Positions 59,301 to 64,000 of a stretch of 64,000 nt of DNA are shown here, in pieces (the first letter of the stretch is position 1; every line of letters begins with the position of its first letter). Source of the stretch: a virus; the IMG/VR virus record IMGVR_UViG_3300030419_007002, positions 40,347-104,346 of that record; one strand, given 5' to 3'. Made by a program: the position numbers and the translations under genes. The notes below the pieces were generated by a model. It was not told the origin of the DNA and ran no database searches. It saw only the letters and a program-made list of their open reading frames with translations.

Positions 59301-59451
59301 TACCGCCCCTAGCAGATTTTCCTACTGATTTACCCGGTAGAGCTCCTCCCCCAGTGGTTCTCGCGGCGTTCTGAAGATTAGCAGCCATTGTCGCACTCAG
59401 TCTTGATGCCTCTGCAATTTGTTTGTTGCGCTGCCTAACTACATCGAGCAT
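50299..59451 (-). CDS. Tape measure protein, large C-terminal part (3050 aa)
   Basis: A/G/Q-rich helical and coiled-coil sequence; four GF(I/V)PNF repeats; FAKGG.V.GG.G.KDDVPA.L..GEFV motif twice; C-terminus EKRPGGLLY like lambda gpH. Confidence 0.85.
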   Translation of the reverse strand: MLDVVRQRNKQIAEASRLSATMAANLQNAARTTGGGALPGKSVGKSARGGKSKSSGFIPNFAKKADERAEQIGAIMNGYEAGEIRRTHIKGIGQVVYNSNEKKKDVGLGQDAILPPRDSWAGDRYKQSFEMMHGYDPYKASKGFIPNFTAPKGKQKPVAGSLTLPSASLGGVALITSKDLAMGRLGFTAEALRKGGIKVPKDMESAVGPKKSLVNVTGIRQYIPQALKRGDLSKPSKNSRFDDMIKKPIGGAVRQISQKLLKPSGKEDFPNVSKIMKLVRKDTSGYPQFAGRIFEAAINTAIWSKDMAGSGRWDHSPKQFLGNNADVTNALIGNEGKGGVGVHISRNKYIDSKLSGMGSDATLKSMRGKLTGTAGIRSTIQEKLNLVAGNVNANKGKAFAAPRGNLKAFSSGFVPNFAGALSEAVAREAGSPGVSGSQVRVGFDKRLYASGGIGVYNSTEGNLSKAIDSHMATGKTISDIQKQGKAYAGFIPNFVEDPLHKWMRQNATTRVSSFDPKTFERMNQSFNNLLNSVDKGEKAIDKAYKNFRRFGTTANMSESSVKTFHRELKNTVTQLKEQARVTKENKTAAKATGRALDRLSGAAGGATSTGGGAVTTARATAAAGGSGKAAGWRGGMIRAGAESSGVGMMAAFMLPSMVQGMVGSITGARGGGGGPPSINARRGDEIAGAISSSLQAGIMAHFVGDAIKDQARSAISNALGGKSVEGMSRGAMARQLASAGRGMGYGPVGQRLMGQGGSWAAGATARKTAAGLGGRTAGAIAARGAGGIGARVLTGAAAGGGVLSWATGIGTLLYEVNNVMAGWNDDIQGAQYALQQANSDLQSMSDTFGEFFKASSDISAMMQGFQKPNEDTLRNLEQRQADIIGRMDPATQKDFLNALRGGADTKELEQVAAGAQRVAKSKADVNNLRVIAERVLGSDAISDETYVPTRFLSGGDPENVTDITAEGRTQANLIADTILQSPVRRTHDDQGNEMSRAIWGEMGGLSGQQLIRFEKKLTGIMASMKMISDAGKWDEAGGSEDQSRWANEFYDLIRTLQAGKDGTGTTGVGVTSEHIKEIVANLEKFQTDAGEDGGGSNILYAAMERLKKRLIDSKSEVEDFKEALARWNLRQEQLKANTMNFIDRMYDMQVAMQAFNDQTNQNINGLKQAIKYERERSSMLEGFASKKAGMFGNDLAMTQFDAQIQLRELDRSQQEAALDERIGSATSVSKVMQDFAGTFAKLDGRLGQAGFSREKLTEREKKAYDSLGNMQHITEGFNHSFEVGQGRLNEFISSLESETKHMAKIYSGEEAATGQFADYSKGGQRLQQEIAQRQKTLLQLRSIATNGKANFELNKRSYDLQRQSIGDRMREQMEVQKIQRNINWGGGFEANLLGSSLNNVMNIQDKQNMIQHFGEGSAIGQQMRAETDLAMAKQLKTLGYGESDIPEDMRSRMIEKNAENQMRLMQSLGTSLDPETAYKRAAMQFEATFKEDSPAELVRRYLEGNNSLFENISKMASAALGSGIAVVPGTGARAVPGTEMVGPENMGQAQQQKGGRTSKPTLPPSLSAMGSNLMGATTAAGQSTFKIVRDAVKEIIRQVKTRGAQSVPNQGMAQPGGGMTPSQRKPESARTKPDAPETPPVKGVVPPSEKMGPDGKPLLSTPEPKEVKPEMQMARGKFDIDEVADRILKQFALKGGDLAMNPGIFGNLSQSRRDYQHHTDKEGGATLDDFEAIRSLIESNLRMGYEQGFHPQGMDQFSPELKEWIRKQFDVDKNYEAFDTEQKELKKQEAAEEMARVAKEQQEAMKIDDWTANVLRQEAAALAAERAAQAMKEAAEIHARSKAAHPQGPWAPNLVPPAPYGPMPAPSGGAGGTGGPGGAGLSGSPALGPQSKKPKKPLYSGPNKWEAFNLIREAERTMPYQPDYGSYAGSAIKMKGGKRKHPRYFYAGEALRDGFHEGGPGHAPMSGNPSYNQKRQEHSRVVQRQNKAFLEFLKKLDKWGLPRPQMGSERIEDYQNKLRKAIEKKYGDPKNLPQSNLVAPVQDVEYAIWEAYDMLSSIDGRLHGSPDVGESMDRMVQNQEKQDDDLSKVADNLGVAVDNLNPMIDGVIQRLREMRGVGGGNENFGPLAAEVLPMSAGGMTSKAEEKRKAAVRKAAEEVEKKEAAQAQMRANLTTPANAAEASQNSPVKIIQNLSNQNFRRTAKLQAEAQRLTKAIHTLQLADPKTRVESEHFGDLPRRGNNEAWDKLINENFGDLIDESTWNEKLSPFMKFTKTVEALEAKLAVVRKKISEEQASAASKAPWTFEHSPVFKFIKKLAGAYKGTMSEDAPPGDVLDRNTKEGDKEAAKEFAKRAPVLGATLRRDLTTRGGMLSTMLNTQKSKDRLTTAEGIRAAFASRTMTSPAFRGEGFTAESKLNDMQWQASTAIAESNIAVDEQIRLYKKLAESSEKLNNSKLSEIQKTQAYSHVIATAMREIAEEQYRMGIGTTQDVRNRIAAENQTAIQQGRYGASNAGRTFGSALLYDNRDMTNDLDNMVNALALNLRDGITDALNAAIFGTKKLKDAFRDLFKDLAKDILGGLLKMAMQRLFGAMAGAAMGYGPGFAKGGMVTGGSGYKDDVPARLQAGEFVIRKSMVDAYGPEFFASLNNGRFLKMNTGGLVHMGDDKQGFAARGLLKYKDIEEMSMAEKTGKTVYTESPEGTSMINRYVYNDAKRPTHGNFEVDPRMSAFALTDPDNPQNELKFERYENLVNYIKEKADFEKEKAQALQDFEDQKRRQARGAFIQAGVSLAVMGLANQIQNYQAKRSNTLIEKYNSGAELSPKELKRLNHDINNPRSPLYNAMDPATRASIANDIGSYNKMVGPGGDLGGMPNYSRGLMGGSQIQARHTRGGMWGFSASGATGPMGTVNRGYFGQYMAPKIGKRAKGSPRAGETDDIAALLTDGEFVMQKAAVDKYGLEFFNKLNSGKVWKFAEGGYVGNNSGIRTGEGGPSAGEMTNNISVTINIDEAGNAQTNTEGGNDQEGQGKALADKVQQVVVRTIIEEKRPGGLLY

Positions 59452-59465
59452 TTGTTTTTCAACGG

Positions 59466-60956
59466 CTAATAAACTTTCGCTACTAGTGGTTGCCTTATCT
59501 CAGGATTCTTTAATAAGATGTTTTGAATTAGCGTCTGTATACTCGCTTGCTCTTGCGCGGATTTGTTTAACCCAGTAAAAGTTTGGACGGCCTTGACCGT
59601 GAATTTTAAAAAGTTAGCACCTATTTTAGCTAAGAGCGCAGCAAGTAATAATAAACCCGGTCCAGATAAAACCTTACCTATACCAGCTAAAAGCCCTTCT
59701 CCCATTTTTGCGCCCCAGCTTTCTGGATCTTTAATAGTAAAGGCAGAAATTACGGCATTGATGGTCTTAAATATTTTTTCGATAGCAGGACCAACTGTCG
59801 TTTTCCCTACTGCCGCAGCAAACTCTGTTATGTTTGCCAAAGTTTCATTTAACATCGCGGCTAGAGTTTTATTTAACTCTTGATTTCTATCCATAGCCTC
59901 GTTAGTGGTATTTATAGAAGTTTGAAGCGCTTGGTTATAAATAGAAAATTCAGAACTTAAATCCGACATAGTAGCTTTCAAAACGTTGACTTGGAATACG
60001 CCACCAAGTAACTCAGCTGTCAATGCCTTCTGTGAGTCTGTTAAATTATCATAGGTTTTAGAAAACGACTGAAGGATTTCCATAGCGGGCTTCATCTTGC
60101 CCGCAGCATCTTGAGTAACCACGCCCAAGTCCTGCATCTGTTTTATAACCCTAGGTCTTTGTAGTCTTGTAAAGATGGTTTTAAAACTGTTACCGATTAC
60201 TCTACCGCCTCTAGCCGTTTTCTGCTGCGCTGCAGTAATAGTAGCTAACAAAGAATCAAAGCTTACATTAGCAGCTTGAGCCGAGCTACCAACACGCTTA
60301 ATGGCTTCAGCTAAGTCTTCAGAGCTTACAGCAAACTTAGCATCAACGTTAGCAAGCTTATTTACTATTGTTGTGCTATCTAACGCTGTCTGATTAAAGG
60401 TATTCATGGCCGCAGTAAGGGCTTCTGTTGCGGCAACAACATCCATACCAGCTAACCGAGCCAAAACCATGGCATCCTTAGTTCTCCTAAGGGTTTCCTC
60501 TACTCCAAGGCCTTGTCTAGAAAACTCAGTCGCCGATTTTGCTACTTCTTTAAATGCTTGACCAGTTTGACCAGCTATATTAAATAATTCTTTGCTAAAA
60601 CCCCTAAGGTCCGTAGTGGTTAACCCCAAGATTACGTTTATATCTTTGAGTTGCTTTTCGACTTCTATAGTAGTCTTGACTAATCTAGAGAAAGCCTCTT
60701 CGACGGCATAAATTGCACCCGCTGACGCACCGAACGCCAGAACACGAGCATTTGATGCTTCTAAGGATTTGGTAAATTCATCAGCGGATGCAGTTATGCG
60801 ACCTAAAGGTTGGGTGTAAGCTGAACTAAGAAGTTTTCCACTGGCAGCTAGTTTTTGTACGTTACGAAAAGACCTTTCGACCTGCTTCTCCGCCCTAGAA
60901 AGTGAAGCCCGATCTACATGTACGCCAATTCTTAAATCAGTTGGTAATTCAGCCAT
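59466..60956 (-). CDS. Tape measure protein, N-terminal part (TP901-type core domain)
   Basis: A.EFSRQG, VDAKFAVS..DLAEA, IGNSFKTIF.RL, GGVFQ.N typical of the TP901-family core. Confidence 0.88.
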   Translation of the reverse strand: MAELPTDLRIGVHVDRASLSRAEKQVERSFRNVQKLAASGKLLSSAYTQPLGRITASADEFTKSLEASNARVLAFGASAGAIYAVEEAFSRLVKTTIEVEKQLKDINVILGLTTTDLRGFSKELFNIAGQTGQAFKEVAKSATEFSRQGLGVEETLRRTKDAMVLARLAGMDVVAATEALTAAMNTFNQTALDSTTIVNKLANVDAKFAVSSEDLAEAIKRVGSSAQAANVSFDSLLATITAAQQKTARGGRVIGNSFKTIFTRLQRPRVIKQMQDLGVVTQDAAGKMKPAMEILQSFSKTYDNLTDSQKALTAELLGGVFQVNVLKATMSDLSSEFSIYNQALQTSINTTNEAMDRNQELNKTLAAMLNETLANITEFAAAVGKTTVGPAIEKIFKTINAVISAFTIKDPESWGAKMGEGLLAGIGKVLSGPGLLLLAALLAKIGANFLKFTVKAVQTFTGLNKSAQEQASIQTLIQNILLKNPEIRQPLVAKVY

Positions 60957-60983
60957 TTCCCCTTTTTCCTATTATAATTACAC
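60957..60983 (-). promoter_or_regulatory. Conserved leader motif (putative late promoter + tandem AGG)
   Basis: Minus strand GTGTAATTATAATAGGAAAAAGGGGAA-ATG. Confidence 0.6.
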
Positions 60984-60991
60984 TTAATTAT

Positions 60992-62008
60992 TTAAGCATC
61001 ATGTAACTTTATAAGATCTTCCATGCTTAATTTTCCGCCCTTTTTATGAGCTTCTTGAGCTAAGCTAACTGGTCTTTGATGATTTTGATCACCAGAAAGA
61101 CCCATCCTCTCCATGTCTTCTTTTGTAGCGCCTACTATGCTAGTGGCTTTTCCTTCGCCCTCTTTTTTCTGTGTCTTCGAGGTTATTTTTTCTACGTTTT
61201 TACTGGCATTAAATAAATCAATTATCCTATCGGGATCATCTAGCTCTTCAGCAGTCAAGGATCTTTCCATGTTTTGAATCATAGTTTTAAAATATCTTCC
61301 ATAACTAAATAAATCAACTTGGTTAAAAGTCAATTCAACGATTGGCCTACCATAGAATGTCATTGGGTTATCGTCACTTAGGGAAAAAAAGTTCATAAAA
61401 TAAGTGCATAAAGAAATTCTTTTTATGTTTTCTTCTGAAAATTTTTCAGAATCTTTCACGAAAACTTCCGTTAAAGACATAATATCTTCATCTTGTAGAT
61501 AATTAAAGTCCTCTTCTTCTATTAATCTTTCGTTCAACTGCTTATCCTTAAAAGACGTAGTAACTAAATAATGTTCATTTACTTTTTTGGCGGCATAAGC
61601 TTCGGCTGTATACCCTATTAGTGCCTGTTTTTCTTCTTGAAGATTTTGAAGTTTACCTGAAGACTCTTTTATGTCTTTATTGATAGAGTCTATTTCTGCT
61701 TTCAGAAGAACTTTTGATTTTGTATCCCTTAAATTAGACACGTAAGAGCGTAGGTCTCTCATCTCTGATTCTTCTTTTTCGCTCCAATCTCCATCTTTTA
61801 ATATATCTTTCTCCCTTTGTTTTAGCGTGGGAAGCCCTTCCTTAGTTGCTTTATTCATTAAGTTTTCTTTTAATTCATCTAGATCTTCAGATGAACTATA
61901 ATCAGTATGCTTAAGATAGAAAAACCCAAATTTTTCGCTCCTAACCATGGAATACCCACGAAGAATTTCCATATATACTTTCCTTAATTGAGATTTTTCT
62001 AGTTTCAT
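60992..62008 (-). CDS. Putative tail assembly chaperone (second)
   Basis: Position directly before the tape measure gene; helical, charged; YGRPIVELTFNQ. Confidence 0.5.
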   Translation of the reverse strand: MKLEKSQLRKVYMEILRGYSMVRSEKFGFFYLKHTDYSSSEDLDELKENLMNKATKEGLPTLKQREKDILKDGDWSEKEESEMRDLRSYVSNLRDTKSKVLLKAEIDSINKDIKESSGKLQNLQEEKQALIGYTAEAYAAKKVNEHYLVTTSFKDKQLNERLIEEEDFNYLQDEDIMSLTEVFVKDSEKFSEENIKRISLCTYFMNFFSLSDDNPMTFYGRPIVELTFNQVDLFSYGRYFKTMIQNMERSLTAEELDDPDRIIDLFNASKNVEKITSKTQKKEGEGKATSIVGATKEDMERMGLSGDQNHQRPVSLAQEAHKKGGKLSMEDLIKLHDA

Positions 62009-62014
62009 TTATAT

Positions 62015-62039
62015 AAAAAAAGCCCCATTGTTTGGGGCT
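62015..62039 (-). terminator. Rho-independent terminator
   Basis: Minus strand AGCCCCA-AACAA-TGGGGCT followed by TTTTTT. Confidence 0.75.
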
Positions 62040-62062
62040 AGGATTTAACTATGTATTTTATT

Positions 62063-62932
62063 TTATTCCCCCTCTTTTTTTGTTTCTTCTTCCCTTCTCT
62101 CTACTTGTTTAACTTCTTCTGGCTCTTCTTCAGGCTCTTCTTGAGCTTCCTGAATCATTTCTTCAGCGGCCTCGTCTAGCGGAACGCCACCAGATCTTTC
62201 AAATTCTGTTACTAAGTTTTTGAAATCTTCTTCTGAGCTAGCTCTCCCTACGTACCAAAAACTTATATAATATATTAACTTTTTAGAAAGAGTTACCCAG
62301 AAATCATTTTCATCCTCTTCTAATTCGTCATATTTTTCTAATCTTTGGTCGTACGTTCCCTCTCCATAAATAGAGGTATGGCTTCCGTCCTGCTCTAAAA
62401 AATAAGATAGATGAAGAACCCACCATAAGATAGTTTTATTGCGTGCCCTGTTTTCTGCCGTATTATCAAATAAAGAAGCTTGATCTAGTTCAAATGATTG
62501 AATTTCCTCTCTAACTACAGAGGCCTTTTTGATAGCATTTGAAAAAGTTTCTTTTTCTTCTTCTGTTCTATCTGACTCAGGGATCATGGTTATTTTTTCT
62601 ATATCGTTTTGAGATTCGAACATAGCTAAATAAAGCTCTGCATATCTATCCTTATCTCCTTCACTTAAAACCCCGCCATCATTAGAGAACCTCTTGGATA
62701 GCATTTGTCTAGTTAATAATCCAGCTTTAATACCTTCTGAAAGCTTTATTCCAAAAAACAGATCACCCTCATCGAATAAAGATCTAGTAGGTTTCTTAAG
62801 TATAACTGTTTTGTTAATTACCTTCTCGACCTCTTTCTTGGTGGTAATTTCTTCTCCATTTTCGCCAGTTGATTTTACTTCTTCAACTTCCTTGATCGTC
62901 TGAGGTATAGTAAATTCAAATAATTTTTTCAT
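62063..62932 (-). CDS. Putative tail assembly chaperone (first)
   Basis: Between tail tube and tape measure genes; acidic and helical. Confidence 0.5.
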   Translation of the reverse strand: MKKLFEFTIPQTIKEVEEVKSTGENGEEITTKKEVEKVINKTVILKKPTRSLFDEGDLFFGIKLSEGIKAGLLTRQMLSKRFSNDGGVLSEGDKDRYAELYLAMFESQNDIEKITMIPESDRTEEEKETFSNAIKKASVVREEIQSFELDQASLFDNTAENRARNKTILWWVLHLSYFLEQDGSHTSIYGEGTYDQRLEKYDELEEDENDFWVTLSKKLIYYISFWYVGRASSEEDFKNLVTEFERSGGVPLDEAAEEMIQEAQEEPEEEPEEVKQVERREEETKKEGE

Positions 62933-62934
62933 AA

Positions 62935-63183
62935 TTAATCTTTTAATTTTATATCGAAGCTTGACAAGTCTTCTTCTATTTCTCTTATTGTGTCGTTGCC
63001 ATAATCTAGCACCCTTTTTCTACCGCGCCTATATGCTTCTGAAGATATCTTTGTCCCTTCAGATTCCTGAAGGTCCTCTAAGATGAAAAGAAAATTTTTA
63101 TAAAGATTTGTTACTTTTCTTCTAACTTGAAATTGAAGAAAATTACTATCGGGATTACCCTCCCGTTCATTATCCTTTTCCAT
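62935..63183 (-). CDS. Hypothetical protein
   Basis: 82 aa ORF preceded by the conserved leader motif. Confidence 0.65.
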   Translation of the reverse strand: MEKDNEREGNPDSNFLQFQVRRKVTNLYKNFLFILEDLQESEGTKISSEAYRRGRKRVLDYGNDTIREIEEDLSSFDIKLKD

Positions 63184-63211
63184 AACCTTTTACCTTCATT
63201 GTTTTTTACAC
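63184..63211 (-). promoter_or_regulatory. Conserved leader motif (putative late promoter + tandem AGG)
   Basis: Minus strand GTGTAAAAAACAATGAAGGTAAAAGGTT-ATG. Confidence 0.55.
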
Positions 63212-63230
63212 CCAAAAATAACATGAGAAC

Positions 63231-63260
63231 AAAAAAAAAGCCCCCCAAGAAGGGAGGCTT
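63231..63260 (-). terminator. Rho-independent terminator after the tail tube gene
   Basis: Minus strand AAGCCTCCC-TTCTT-GGGGGGC followed by nine T. Confidence 0.85.
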
Positions 63261-63279
63261 GATTGTTAAGTTTAATAAT

Positions 63280-63999
63280 TTAAGCAGTATTGCCCGGGGA
63301 GTTAGCAAGGTTACCCTTGTCGTAGACTCCGCTCATGAACAATCCTCTATCGGTTTGTTTAGTACCACCAATTTGAGAACTGAACGTTAACGATACGGAC
63401 TTGTTACTACCGATATCGGAGGTGTACTCCTGACTGTCAATTTTGCAGTTTCTAAGCTCGTACCTAGCTACTGGCAGTGCACTCGCACCGGCCTGAGGAC
63501 CTCTCAAGTCTAGCATAAGATCGTAATTGATATTCGTGTCTTCGTTAACTACGTCAGACAAATTACCACTATAAAGATCTCCAACGTTTGCGTCGATCGT
63601 ACAGGTAACGGTTACCGGGAACGTGATCTCTCTAGAGAACGCATATCTGCTTCCCAACTTCTGGAGCGGATCACGAGCCAAATCGAAGCTTAAGCTGTAG
63701 CTTTGAATCTTAGCGTCATCGATCATTAATCCAGTCAAGGAGGTCATCTCGGTACCTGCCGGGCCAGCACCCTTCTTAAGGATCTTAACGGTAATATCTC
63801 CCGGACGGAGAGCGCTAAGCTGGTTACCAACAGGAATGGATCCAGTGTGATTACTGATACCACTAGGCAGAACATATTGAACCGATTGGTTCTTCGCTCC
63901 ATCTACAGGATTAACAGCAGGAACAAAGTTACCACTAGTACCGATATCGAACGCCATGTTTAGACCTTCGACACTACAAGAAGCCGTTGGGAAATCACC
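63280..63999 (-). CDS. Probable major tail tube protein, 5'-truncated
   Basis: Frame is open to the window edge (GDFPTASCSVEGLN); IQSYSLSFDLAR.PL.KLG, FPVTV, S.IG.NKSV.LTF beta pattern; followed by a strong terminator, chaperones and tape measure. Confidence 0.65.
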   Translation of the reverse strand, partial: GDFPTASCSVEGLNMAFDIGTSGNFVPAVNPVDGAKNQSVQYVLPSGISNHTGSIPVGNQLSALRPGDITVKILKKGAGPAGTEMTSLTGLMIDDAKIQSYSLSFDLARDPLQKLGSRYAFSREITFPVTVTCTIDANVGDLYSGNLSDVVNEDTNINYDLMLDLRGPQAGASALPVARYELRNCKIDSQEYTSDIGSNKSVSLTFSSQIGGTKQTDRGLFMSGVYDKGNLANSPGNTA

Positions 64000-64000
64000 C

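Noticed and set aside
50383-59883. Many 60-130 aa plus-strand ORFs inside the tape measure gene
   Set aside because: Antisense shadows of a long, more GC-rich coding frame; no recognisable motifs
63111-63390. Short ORFs 63111-63308 (-) and 63127-63390 (+)
   Set aside because: They run across a terminator and leader motif and overlap better-supported genes
1-64000. Cellular chromosome or prophage
   Set aside because: Despite recA, dnaB, dnaE, ssrA and LPS-like genes, these are divergent and interleaved with a full tail module; no ribosomal or other housekeeping operons, integrase or att site seen
1-64000. Stop-codon reassignment
   Set aside because: Genes tile densely under the standard code and end in TAA, TAG and TGA; the tape measure break is a frame change, not an in-frame stop

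Overview
This window is part of a large, AT-rich, lytic-type tailed dsDNA phage genome, probably a siphovirus of an aquatic bacterium. It uses the standard genetic code and is truncated at both ends. 1-7.2 kb (+): nucleotide-sugar biosynthesis and glycosyltransferase genes. 7.5-8.7 kb: RecA-like recombinase and tRNA-Arg(UCU). 8.7-18.5 kb: accessory island with a PLP histidine/serine-type decarboxylase, split HldE-like kinase and nucleotidyltransferase, ornithine cyclodeaminase-like enzyme, an ExbB/MotA + ExbD/MotB-like membrane pair, a 2-hydroxyacid dehydrogenase, an APS-kinase-like enzyme and many small membrane proteins. The island is closed by a complete phage tmRNA with a 31-residue tag. 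19-33.3 kb (+): replication (DnaB helicase, primase, PD-(D/E)XK nuclease, DnaE-type polymerase encoded as PHP / DEDDh / core pieces, SSB-like and Rad52-like proteins) mixed with more glycosyltransferases, including an apparently split GT9. 33.3-41.1 kb (-): [S/T]G-rich IPT-like virion proteins and a GT2. 41.2-50.3 kb (+): lambda-like tail tip module (M, M, L, K, I, J). 50.3-64 kb (-): very long tape measure gene broken by a -1 frameshift, two putative tail chaperones and the end of a tail tube gene. The most interesting candidates are a phage-encoded virion glycosylation system, a phage ion-channel motor-like membrane complex, a tRNA whose CCA end supplies the A of the next start codon, and a conserved GTGTAA...AGG-N4-AGG leader on structural transcription units. 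All product calls come from motif recognition by eye, not database searches.
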